A stretch of 57,530 nucleotides of DNA, from assembly GCA_030770535.1 (NCBI GenBank), contig JASVEC010000102.1, positions 1 through 57,530 of the forward strand. Reading direction: 5' to 3'. The position numbers were made by a program, and so were the translations under genes. The notes under the pieces were generated by a model. That model saw nothing but the letters and a program-made list of their open reading frames with translations, ran no database searches and had not been told where the DNA came from. Origin of the DNA: Batkoa obscura. Taxonomy: Eukaryota. Below, one piece after another: positions 39,573-52,762 of this stretch; the stretch's first letter is position 1; each line of letters opens with the position of its first letter.

Positions 39573-40883
39573 AAATGCTAAAAGTTATAAAGTTTTAAAG
39601 ACTATCTTGTTAAATTATCTTCATTTTTAAAATTTCGAAATACTAATAATAAAGATAAAATAAAATATATAAATGTAAATGAATATTAAAAAAGTAATTA
39701 TTCGATTAGCTTAACAAATTATAGTAATATAAATATATATAACGATATACAATATATGATTCAAAAAACATAATTAAATAGTAAAAAATAATTTTAATAA
39801 ATATTCTTTATAAATTAGTTGTCTTAAATAAACAAGGAAATTTAAATTCATGATTAGAAATTCATTGTTTAATCTTATCAGATCATGTTTAAAATAATAA
39901 ACCTAATAAACAATAAACTATAAGATAAGCATGTAATAAAAATGATTTATAAACATTAAAATTAATAGTAATTAATTTGTTATTAAAAAACATCAATATT
40001 GATATTTAAATTAATTTCATACTAAATTCATTATTAATTTTTATTCTTTCTTATATTAATAAACTAATAAATTATTAAGAAAATTGTATTACAAAAAGCA
40101 AGTTCAATATTATTAAGAATAGTTTTAAAATAAGAGGTTAAATGAAGTAATGACTAAGTTGAGTTAAGCATGGATTTAAAAAAGGAAATAAAAACTTGTG
40201 CTAAAAACTCTAAAAATAACATCCTTAATTTTTATCTTTTAGAAACTTCGATTTCAAAATTTCAAAATTTCAATTGATTTAATAGTTTCATTCTTTGAAA
40301 GCATTTGTAAGTTGTTTCAATATACAAGATATTGGTAATATATTAATAAAAACAAAACGTCAAAAACATATAATATTATAAGCCTTATAATAAATAATAG
40401 AGATATAGATGTTTAAAAGTTGAATAAATAACGATTAATAAAGTTGATAATAGGAGAATAAACAATTTGATATTAATAACTCACAATGAATACAACTATT
40501 GAGGCTTTATACTAAAAATAGAAGAAATAACTTATGATATTTTTCATTAATTTAGCATGATAGCCATTAAGTTACCTCTATTTACTTGATATAGTTAATT
40601 TAGCCAAATTATTAAAAAAATTTATTTGAATAATCCTCTTTTTTTACATAATTTTTTTATCTGATATTAATTCAAAGATATGACAAAAACCCTTGATTTA
40701 CAGGTGCATAGGCTAAAAATAGAGCCAATGATCAAACAGTGATTAAATTCCACCAATGAAAATAGGATTATATAATTAATTGCTTAATTGAAATAAAATA
40801 GTATAAAAACAAACTTGATAAATCAATAAGTTTTTTTAAAAAAATTAGCTTTAATTATTATTATTATTATTAACTTTGTAAAA

Positions 40884-42223
40884 ATGGGGTTATCAAAAAC
40901 GACAAAATTATATATACAATTGACATTAAGCGTCATTTTATTCTTCACTGAATTAATCGTTGGTTATTGGGTGGGTTCAATTGCTTTAGTGGCTGACGCT
41001 TTTCATATGTTAAATGATGTGGTATCCTTAGTTATTGCTGTTTATGCTGTTAAAGTAAGTTTATTATTATATTATTATATTATTAAGAACAAACTTACTG
41101 ATTATTTTTATTTCAGTTATCTGAAAATACCAAATATGATCCAAATTATACTTATGGATTACAAAGAGCGGAAGTATTAGGTGCTTTAATTAATGCTGTA
41201 TTGTTATTAGGTTTATGTCTTACTATTGTTGCTGAAGCAATTCCTCGTTTTTTCAAACCTGTTGAAATTGAAAACCCAGAATTAATTTTAGTAGTTGGTA
41301 GTATTGGTTTAGTATTTAACATATCAGGTATGTTTTTATTTGGTCATCATCATAGCCATGGTGAATGTTCTCATAGTCATAATCATAATGAAAGTCATGC
41401 TCATGAACATTCCCATTCAATTGAGGATGGTACTGATTATACTTTAAATCATCAGACAAATATTTTAAGTCCAGCTACTTTTCAACAATCTATCATTGAT
41501 ACTGCAAAACAAGTATCTCATGCTCATCAATTAGAAATTAATGAAAGTAGTTATTTATTACAAAGAAATCAATCTAATGATTATCAATCTCAAAAGAATC
41601 ATAATCATGATCACACCCATGACCATTCCAATGAAAAGGAAGGCCAGCTTAATATGCAGGGAGTTTATTTACATGTTTTAGGAGATGCTTTAGCAAGTAT
41701 AGCTGTTATTATCTCTGCTTTAATTATTTGGAAATGTGAATTCCCAGAAAGATACCTGTTTGATCCTTTGATTTCAATTATTATTACTTTATTAATTGTT
41801 AAATTTACATTACCTTTAATTAAAAGTGCTTCGATTATTTTGCTTCAAGGGGTACCATCTACTGTACCAATTGAAAATGTACGTCTTCAAGTAGCTGATA
41901 TTGAAGGTGTTGTTAGTATTCATGATCTTCATGTTTGGCAATTAAGTGATTCTAAATCTATTGCTAGTATTCATGTAGTTATTGATTCCCCTCATCATAA
42001 GCGATTCCAATCTATTGCTACTGAAATCAAACGTATTTTACATAGTTATGGTGTTCATTCTGTTACAATTCAACCTGAATTTGAAAACGATTCTAGTAAT
42101 AGTTCAACTTCTTCCTCTCCTAAATTGACTGTTTCTTCTGGTCCTACTATTCGCGATTCTACTTGTCTTTTACCTTGTCAAGCTCAATGTGCTCCTATAC
42201 AATGTTGTCCTCCTAATCCTTAA
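40884..42223 (+). CDS. ZRC1: CDF-family vacuolar zinc/cobalt transporter (Zrc1/Cot1/ZnT1-like); intron 41055-41116
   Basis: SIALVADAFHMLND, YTYGLQRAEVLGALIN after splicing, His-rich loops, LNMQGVYLHVLGDAL, IHDLHVWQL, HSVTIQPEF. Confidence 0.92.
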
Positions 42224-42407
42224 TTTTTCTCTAAAACAACGATGAAATAGATATTAATTTTGTAAAAATGAATTAAATTTCCTAAATAAAATTTTGAATA
42301 AAATTTTTTATTAGGCTGGAATTTGATTTATAAATTAATTTAATATTAAAATTTAATAAATTTTATTTTATATAAAAATATTTTATTTTTGTTTTCTAAT
42401 TTAATAT

Positions 42408-44723
42408 TTAATACCCATATTTATCGTTTAAATGGGATCTTCCATCTCCTAAAGTTATAAACTATTAATATCCTTTTATAATTATATAATTATATTATTA
42501 CCACTTTGTCCTTGAGGTGGAACCCAATTATTATTATCATCTTGAATATTAAAATTATATCCTTCATCATCATCATCATCATCATCATCATCTTTTTCAT
42601 TATTAGTTTCAACTTTTGATTCTATTTTTTTAATACCCTCATTGTTATTATCATCATTATTTGGTGCTTCCTTTTCATTATTTATTACTTTTCCTTCACT
42701 ACTTATCTCCTTTATTTCCTCACTTCTCACTTCCTTTTCCTCAATTTTATTCTTATCTGCTTCTTTATTTTCCTTTATCTTTACTTCTTTTTCTTTATCA
42801 ATAATATTTGAGTTATTTTGTCTTATTTTTTGTTTTAAAGTGTCATCATCGTCTACTTCTTCATCAAATTTGGAATCAGGTGCAACAATTTCAATTAATT
42901 TCAGTACTTTTTTTAATTCCTAAAGAATTGTTAATAATATTACTAATAATATAATAATATAATTAACTTACAATAGTTAATAAATTTAATTTCTTATCAT
43001 TTTCTTTTTTTAATTTTCTATTTTCACTAATTTTCATTTGTGTCATATAGCCATCCAATTCATTATCATTCTGTTTACATTCTATATAAATAATAGTATT
43101 ATTATTAATATAAATATATAATAATATAATATTATTAAATTACCATTTACTATTTCCATATCTTCATCAATTTTATTCTGAATGATGATAATATTCATTT
43201 TTAAATTATTAATATTTTCGATTAATTGCTTTCTTTTGAAATTTAAACTGTCAAATGTCTCTATTTTATCTTCTTTTTCTTTACGTTGATTTTTACGTAA
43301 TTTACTTTTTTCGACTAGGATTTATTAATTATTACTTATTAATTACTATTAGATATACTATTAAAATAAATCACCATATCCTGTTCTATCATAAAAATCA
43401 TCAAATTCTTCTGCTTCATTTTCTTTTAACAATCTTTTAAGACGTTGTTTTTTTAAATCTATTTAAATATTATCTAGTATATATTAGTATACATTACAGT
43501 ATTAATTACCTGAAATACTCAATCCATTAGATCTCAATAGTTTCATTTTATCTAGCTTTTCACATGCATTTAATGCAGCCAATCTTTCCGCTTCTCTAAA
43601 ATTGATAAAATCTATTAACTTTTCTTACTTATTTATGTTTAAATTTTTTAAATATTACCTCTTTTTATTAGAATGGCCAATACCATACATAATGTCACTA
43701 TTTAAACTTTCTAATTCTGGTATAGGAAGTAAAACTCTAACAAAATAATAAGTCAAAATAAACTAAAATTTAATAATTTTTTTACTTTGCTGTATATTCC
43801 TTTTCATTTTTTTCACCTTCTTCCGATATTTCATATTCAACAGCAACACCTTGATTCTTTTATACGTTATACTAATGAATAACTAAAATTAGTTTGTAGA
43901 CAAAACTTACTTCTAAATAATTTTTCAACGCTTTCTTTGGATCTTTATAATAATAAGCATCCTGTTCATTTGTATCATCATTAATAAGATCATTGATATC
44001 TTCTTCTTCTACAGCATCTTCAGCAAAACCCCTAAAACCAAAAGATTATAAAGGTTAAAACTTTTAAAAAAAGGTCAAATAGAATAGTAATTACCAAGTA
44101 ACTTCTGTTTCTTTTTGTTGATCTTGATAAGCCCTTACTTTGGTATTAATCTCTGTTTTAAAAATAAATATCCTAGTTGATTCTCCAAACTTTATTTGAT
44201 CTTCTTCTTTTAATAATGCATATTTTTTTTGCTCAATTTTTACTTTATTGACAAAAGTGCCATGTGTACTTCCTAAATCATAAATATAACATTCCCCTAA
44301 TTATTTGTTATTTTTATTTATTTTAATATTAATATTATATAAACTACCTTTCTCATTAAACTGAAATAAAGCATGATATCTTGAAATGGACTTTTGATTT
44401 GAGTTCTAATTTTATTTCTTCATATGAAATTTAAAAAAACTTACTTGATGTTCTAATTGTAAATCACAGTTTGGTAATCGACCTTTTAATTTATTTTGAT
44501 TATTACTACTTTAAAACCATTAAATGAATTTGTTGTTACCAACTACAATAATCTCTTTGTTTTTTAGCAAAAAATTTTCCAATTGTACCCCTCCTTTAAT
44601 TACTTCTAAATATAACTTAATACTCGGTTTACCACTCCATTCGGGTAGCATGTAATTTAACGGTGGTAAATCTAAAATATTATGAACTTTATATTAATTT
44701 CAGTTATTTTATAGAATACCCAT
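42408..44723 (-). CDS. Kanadaptin (SLC4A1AP)-like FHA-domain protein, many exons
   Basis: Spliced: MDLPPLNYMLPEWSGKP..LEVIKGG..GRLPNCDLQLEHQSISRYHA..IYDLGSTHGTFVNK; YYKDPKKALKNY; DDFYDRT; C-terminus WVPPQGQSGDGRSHLNDKYGY*. Confidence 0.85.
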
Positions 44724-44852
44724 TTTTGAATTTTTAAAGAAACCAAAAAACAATATTTTGAATTTTATGTTAGCAATAAATTCAACTCATTAGGTCACTT
44801 TAAACTAAGAGTGACTTCAATTTCATTATTTTCATTCTTTAAATTTTCACTT

Positions 44853-47800
44853 ATGAAAAAAATGAAATTTGATAACCAAAGTAATATTCAACGTTTACTC
44901 TTTCAACTAGAACAAAAAAAGTATTCAGATGAAATTATTTCTCATATCCGTTCTCAATACGAAACTCATTATCACAAGTATGAAAATTCAGACGACTTGT
45001 TGTTTTTAATCCATTTACCTGAAGCTTTAGATCCTGAAGTGTATATCTTTTGGTTACAAAATTTAGTTCCTTATTCCTCGGAGGAGAAGTTAAAGGGATG
45101 GCATGTCCAAAGAGCTATAAAAATCGATGAAAGAGTAGGGGATTTAATGTTATGTTATTCATTATTAAATTTAGGTCACCATAAGTTAAATTTAAAAAAA
45201 TTAAGTAGTATTATCAAAAAAGTAGAATGGTTAATTCAAATTAAAGTATTACAATTAGAATTAAATCAAATGGAACAAGTTTCTGAAAAAGAGGCTATTA
45301 ATTTTAATTTAAAAAAGTTTTTAATCTTATCAAGATATCAAATCGCAAAATTAGTTTATCGTTTAGTTGCTTTAGGTTCTTCTCCTGAATTGTTATTAGA
45401 TATTTTTATCATGGAATATGAAGAGTTAGATAATTCAAAAGAAAATTATCATTTAATGTTAGATTTACCACCATCCAATATAGATAATACTTTGAAATAT
45501 AATGAAGTTTGGGGTAAAGTTATTGAATTAAAATTTATTAAAGCTTGTTTACTTAGTTTATTGTCAATTAAAAAACCAATTACTAATCAACATATTCAAT
45601 CTATTATTAATCTTGTTACTTTATATACTAGTTTAGATTTATCTAATTTGTCTAATGAAACTTGCATTAATTTAAAAGTTGAAGATTTGACTTCAGATAG
45701 TATTATTAATGTTAATAAAGTAGAGGGATTTTATCCTTATTTTAGTTTCTTAATACAAAATATAGAAGGATGGGAAATCATTGAAAGTTTAGGTTATTCT
45801 TTTCCAAGTTTAAAAGAAAGATTAAGTCGAATTTTATTAAGTGATTTTCAACAACATCAATTATATTGTATTCAATTGATCAATCAATTAATTTTAATTA
45901 TTAACAACGAAAAACAATCAATTATTAAAATTTGGGATGGTCTAATATTATTATTTAATCAACATTATTTTGGTCCTATTAATATTAAACAATTATTCAT
46001 ATTCTTTTTACAACAAATTTTAGAATTAGAAGGTAAATTTGTTATTGTTTTTGTATTTATAATATTTATAATGTTTTAGAATTTGAAATGGCCTCAATAA
46101 TACTTGATGAAATTGATTTACCCATTTTATATGAAGAAGTTATTGATTTATTACTTGAAATATCAATGGAATTTTATGATAATCAAACAAATTTATTTGA
46201 TTCTAATTCAATAGAAATTATATTAAAATGTTTAGATTTAGTAGAAGAAACAAGTAAAGTACAGCAATGGCAATACTTTGTATTTGGAGTACAAAAATTA
46301 TATAACTATTATTTACAATACAATATAAAACAAATACCTCAACCTTTAGAAATTCGATTAAATTCAAAGTTTTATTTAAAGCAATTAATATTTAATTCAA
46401 AATGTCAATTATATAAATCACCAGATAAAATTAAAGAGTTAATAGCATTGTTGAATATTAATATTATTGAGGATCTTAGTTTTGTCAATAAATTAATAAT
46501 CAAAGCAAGTAAAGTACATAAAGATTTTAATATGGCATATGAATATTCAACTGCTCTAATTGAAGATGAATGTAATTCAGAAGGTATCAATGATATTTTA
46601 GAATTAATCAAAGATAAAGAATTTAAAGATATTAATAAAAAATTTGATTTGTTATCTTTAATAATAGCAAATTGTAATATTGATAAAATAAATGAAGTAT
46701 TGAGTTATTATTATGAATTAGAAATTCAATTACTAAATTCAAAAGAATTAATAAAATACAGTAATAATAATCATCAAACAATTATATTGAATTCAGATGA
46801 ATTACAACAATTCAACAATATAATTGATATTATAAACAATAATAATAACAATAATAATAGACTAAATATATATAATTATCCTATCTTTAATAATTCTATT
46901 GTAGCTGTTACTAACAATAATTTCAATTGGCAACTTAGTCCATTAGAAGCAATATTTAGAATATTAATGTTATTGAAAGATAGTTTATTAAGTAATGATG
47001 ATGCTATACTTCATAAAGAATTAATTAAAAAAATCAAACTTCAATTAAGTAATAATATTAATGATACACTTTCTCAATTTTTTATTTATGATTTATCAGA
47101 GGTAATTTATTATAATATAATAAAATTGTTTTAATCTTAACATACTTGATATTTACTTTTAGGAAGATAAAGTTGAATTTTTTAATACATTACAACAAAA
47201 CCCAGAAGATTTATTATGGAAAGCATTTCATTTTGGTTTATATTATATTACTAAATCAGATATAAGTGATACTACTACACAATATAACAATTTAACAACA
47301 ATTCAGCCAAAACAATTTATTAATTATTTAACTAACTTAGATAATAATAATAAAGAATTGAAAACAATTCAAGAGAATATAAAATTAAGTCAAAAATTAA
47401 ATGAAGAAGAAGAAATCAATTCGATATTAGAAAAATTGGATATTAACAGTGAAGCATTTCGATTATCTAACAAAAGAGAACAAAGTTTATTATTGGAATT
47501 AAGAATACAAACAGAAGATACAATACAAACATCAAACGTAATAACAGTTGCAATTAATTTTAATATTGATCTGCAAACACTGTATTTGATTCATATTAGT
47601 TATTATTTCTCAAATCAAGTTAAAATCAATGACTTGGAAGATTATTATTGGTCTAATACAAAAGAATATTTAGAATCATTAATAATTAATGAAAAGGTTG
47701 TTGATCAATTTTATACATTTTATAGTGATATTAAGGGTAATGATTTAATTAAATTAAATTTATATTTTATTATGTTTGGAGAAATATTAGATAAATCAAA

Positions 47801-49149
47801 CAAAGAAAAAGATGAGGTAATTATTTAATAATATTTATATAATATAAATAATATTTTAAATTTTAAATTTCAATAGAAAAATCAATTAATTATTCATCAA
47901 CTTATATTAAGAACGGAATTATTAAATAATTGGACTGAAAGTATTAAAAGTAATAATAAGATAGTTAATGATAATATAATTGATTTTAAATTATTATTAA
48001 ACAATAAATTCAATAAGAATTATAATGACTTACAATCTCACTTTAATTTGTTATATCAGCAATCTAATGGCAATGAGTTTATATTAAATCAATTGGATAC
48101 TTATTTACAATTATTACCAATATTTGGCGAAGAAAAACAATGTTACATTGAATTAAGCTTACAAGAACAACAAATATTAAAATCCAATATAATTTTATGG
48201 TATTTAATTTATCAAATTTCATCTATTATACAACAAAATAATGTATTTTTACCTGAAGATGTTATATTATTAAACAAATATATAATCCAATTAAATCTTA
48301 ATAATAGTTTAAATTTAATTAATCAATTTATTAATATGAAATATCAAGAAACTATTAATTTACAATCTCAACAATTATTAATTACTATTATTAAAGAAAA
48401 TATTTTAAATAACAATAATAATAATGAGAATAATGAGAATATAGAATCATTTAATAATATAGTTAATAATATAATAAAAAGAATTGAATTTTTAGAAGAA
48501 TTAAACAATTTAATTGATCCAATAACTGAAGAAGATTTAGGTTACATAATTATTAAAAGAATTGATAGCTTATTGAATCAACAACATATTAATTTCAATG
48601 ATATTATTTTATTATATAAATCATTAATGTTGCAAAATATTAACCCAAATTTATTATATCATTCTTTATTATTGTTTAATAAATATTATAATAATTTATT
48701 ATCGATTGATTGGCAACAACAGTTATCAAACAAATCGAATGAATTTACAATATTAAAAGAAATTTTTATTTTAGTATTAAAACAACAATTGATTGAAAAC
48801 AAAACAATTAATATAATTCAACAATTTATATCACTAATTAAAAATTATTTAAATGAACAATGGGCAATAAATACATTAGAATCAATTCAACAATATTTAT
48901 TAAATGATTTTATTAAAGATACAACAATAGTGATTGACTATCGTATGGAATTATTACCTTTGTTTTATGATTTATTTAATATGAAAGAATTTGATGATAT
49001 AGAAATATTATTATTAATTAAATGTGAATTTTATTTAGAATTCTATTTTAGTTTAACTATTAATCAAATTAATGAAATAATTGAACCATGGGATGAATTA
49101 TTAATTGATTCTAATTTACAAGAAAAATTAATTTATTATTTATTACAAT

Positions 49150-49211
<62 letters not shown>

Positions 49212-50048
49212 CAATATCATTGTATAATTAATCTAATGAAATTATTTGGGCAATATTACCAATTAACTACTGCTTCATTAAATCTTAATAAAGAGTTAAA
49301 TTTATTATGGATTAAAATTATAGAATCAATTATTAGTAACGTTAATATGATGAATGATATAGTAATTTATAAATTATGGATTTATATTTATGATATATTT
49401 GATATTAAATATTTACAACAATATGAACAATCTATAATAGAATTATGTAAAACATATCAATTAATTAACTATTATCGATTAGGCTTATTGTCTAATAATT
49501 TAATTATCAATGAATTAATATTAAATCAATATTTTATTGAAAATCATTGTGATTTTAATTTAGAAAATGATTTATTATTAATTTCTTTATTAATTGTAAA
49601 AAAAGAATTAAATCGTGTTATGGAATTTAACAAGGAATTGTATATTAATGATATTAAACCTGTTATTATTAATGAATTAAATCAATATCCTATTCTTTTA
49701 GATTGTATTATTAAGCAATTGAGTGAAGATAAACGAAATGAAATTCAATTAAATGAAGCCATGTTTTATTTGAATCAACTAAATAATAAAAATCAGTTTC
49801 AAAGATTAACTCAACTATTTAAAGGCAAAAAAAATCAACAGCAAAAGGAAAAAGAATTATTTGACTATTTAAATCAAAATCATAATTATCAATTATCTAT
49901 TACTAACGAAGAGTTACCTTTAAAATTACCCTTAACAATTCCTACTTTAGATGAATTAGCCAAATTATTAACTATTGAAGATGACTTGTTTAATACTCAA
50001 GAAGACTTAAATCCATATATTTTAGATATTATTTTAAGATTTGAATAA
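44853..50048 (+). CDS. Large alpha-helical protein, probably Sec39/NBAS-like; 4 exons (introns ~46033-46079, ~47102-47162, ~47817-47876); start uncertain
   Basis: Four consecutive same-strand ORFs joined by GT-AG introns; LIHLPEALDP, LLEISMEFYDN..IILKCLDLV and PLEIRL resemble Sec39-domain motifs. Confidence 0.6.
49152..49211 (+). repeat. (AAT)20 coding microsatellite (poly-Asn)
   Basis: Perfect trinucleotide run inside ORF 48048-50048. Confidence 0.95.
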
Positions 50049-50344
50049 AATAATTATCCATCGTTTTCTATGTCGCTTAAATCCTTGTTATAATCTATAG
50101 CGCTTTTAGCTAAATTTTTAAAATAACAAATAAATTAAATTGGCTAAAGATAAATATACTATTTTTAATAAAAAGTTATAATTATAAAAACAAATGAATC
50201 TGTTTATTATTACTATAGTATGACAGTCCATATAAACCATATTTTTAATCCTTTATTCAATTAACTTTTCAACTTTTTCTTTATGATTGGATTTTAATTC
50301 TTGTTCAATAACATTAGATAACTCACTTTTATTTATTAATAAAT

Positions 50345-51405
50345 GGGGATGTTTTTTTTGGCTTCGTAATTTTTTCTATCTTTTAAGGACTATTTGAGTA
50401 GAAAAACCATTAGCAAATTCTTAAATAAAGATACATCTCCAAATCCAAAAACTCGTCACTGTACAATTCTACAAACTTATCAATATTCTGGTTATTATAG
50501 CCTTTACCCTTATTACGAAGTTTAGATAAAGACTCTTCGAATGTTACAAGTCCTTCCTTGGCCATAGGGGTTATTGCTTTAAAATGATAAAATAGTAATA
50601 ATGATAATTTATAATAATAATCTACTCTCAATAACGGAAGCATTGTTTGAAAGTTAATAAATAGTGTCTCTCATTAAATTAAATTAATATTATTTTTCTA
50701 ATATATGGGGGTGTTTTATTTGGCTCCATCACTTTTCCATCTTTAGGCATTATTTAAGCGAAAAATTGGTAGCAAAATTCTTAAACACAAAAATAAATGC
50801 AATGTATATTAAACCTTTTTAAATAATTATACAGAGATGCTTTTTTTGGCTTCATTACTTTTTCCATTTTTAAGCGCTATTTGAGCAGAAAGGTTATTAG
50901 TAAAATTCTTAAACGAAAAAATATATCCCCATATTATGGATTTACAACTAATGACTTAATTTACAAGAGGGGATGTATTTTTATGTTTAAGAATTTTACT
51001 GACAAATTTTCCATTTAAATAGTGCTTAAAAAGATGGAAAAAGCAATGAAGCTAAAGAAAACACCCCCAAGAACTCTTTTGAAATGACGTCGATTTTTTT
51101 TAAAATTAATGGTGAGGATAGAATTGTAACATCAACTTACACTTGATCTTAAATTAAGTTTTATTTTTGATTAAAAAAATATACTATTGCTTACAATAGT
51201 ATCCTAATTTTTTAATCAAAAGAATCGCAACTAACTATAGAATATAATCATTGTTTGAATCCACAGTTAATTTACTGAATAGTCTCTAGAACTAAAATTA
51301 GTTAGCATCTAGGGCTGTTTTTGATTTTATTACTTTTCCATTTTTTAAGTGCTATTTAAATGAAAAGATCATTGGTAAAATTCTTGAACAAAAAAATCCA
51401 TCTCC
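50345..51405. mobile_element. MITE cluster: 50345-50440, 50707-~50800, ~50834-50930, 50969-51068, ~51310-51405
   Basis: TSDs AAAT/AAAT (first) and AAGA/AAGA (50969-51068). Confidence 0.85.
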
Positions 51406-52168
51406 ATCTCTATCTATATAGGAGTCAGTTGTTTGATTTCAATTGTAATAAGTATTGTGGAAACCAATTGACTATTTAAATAGAAGTATTAGTATTAGTT
51501 AGAAGGTTTTTATAAGTTAGAGAAGCAAAGCGTCTAGAGCAAAATGGCAAAGTAAACGGCGAATCAACTAACTACAAATATCAAATATACCTTTGAAATT
51601 ATACCATGGGTTAATATGAAAAGATTGATATGATATTAAGTATTATAACAAGGACTCATTTTCAGAAGTTTATACCTTGTTTGGTTTATTTTCATTTAAC
51701 ACCTGATTTATCACATTACAGCTTATCTCATATCTAAGTTTTATCTTTCATTGTAATATAGAAATCAAATAAGCTAAAATTATCAATCATCTATTACTAA
51801 AGGAGATTTACCTTTGAAAACGGCTTTAGTAATCCCAACCTCAGATGGATTGACTAAATTGTTAACTATTGAAAACAAATAATTTATTATTGAATATAAC
51901 AACATAAAGTCATATATTTTAGATATTATATTAATATTATATTAATATATATGATATTCTATACTGCTTACTTCCTACTTTATTATATTTTACTATGTCT
52001 ATTAACTATTGGTATTAGTAACTTAATATAAAAGTAAATTATTGTAATTTTAAAATAACAAACATAAATCTTAAAAATATATTATATTTAATTTTAATAC
52101 TATTTACTATTCCATTACAAAGACATCAATAGTTCATTATAAATTAACTATATCTTAATTTGTTTCAT

Positions 52169-52544
52169 TTATCCAATAGTAAGTGAATAAGCAATAACAA
52201 GCACATTAACTACAATCAAAGGTACTAAATAAATTGTAAATTAAAATGAAAATGAAAATTAAGATAAAATAATAAGCTTACATCTCATTAGAGTTCTAAC
52301 AGCAGATACTAAATTAATTATTTTACTTTTAATACTTTCGTTGCCGTTATAGCTGCCTACTTGATTCGTTCCTAAACCGACTAAAAGAAATTAATCATCA
52401 TTCTTCATTCATTATTATGTTAATTATTTATTCTACTTTATATAGTAACTTACTTCTAGCTAAAAATCTTTCTTCATTTAGAATAGCTAAACCATTGATA
52501 ATCAAAATGACCGAATAAATTAAATTGCCTAAAGATAAAGACAT
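52169..52544 (-). CDS. YOS1: Yos1/IER3IP1 ER-Golgi transport protein, 3 exons
   Basis: Spliced: MSLSLGNLIYSVILIINGLAILNEERFLARIG...SIKSKIINLVSAVRTLMRLPLIVVNVLVIAYSLTIG*; missed by the ORF track. Confidence 0.92.
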
Positions 52545-52762
52545 TTTCAGAGAAAAATAGAAACTTAAAAACTAAAAAATTAAAATCAAAATATTTTAGT
52601 CAATATGTTGTCCTCCACCAATCAATTTTTAATTTGTTTTAAAAAAAATAAAAATTAACTCAAATTTTAGTAAAAATAATAAACAAAATTCCAGATAATA
52701 CTAAACTTTATTTGTATTGTCATCCATGACTGTCATTAGCCAATTTAACATAATATATTGTA

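Noticed and set aside
50441..51900. ORF 50410-50643 and coding-like patch ~51420-51880 (also ~26400-26650 and ORF 27175-27423)
   Set aside because: No recognisable motif or consistent exon chain; possibly pseudogene or TE debris
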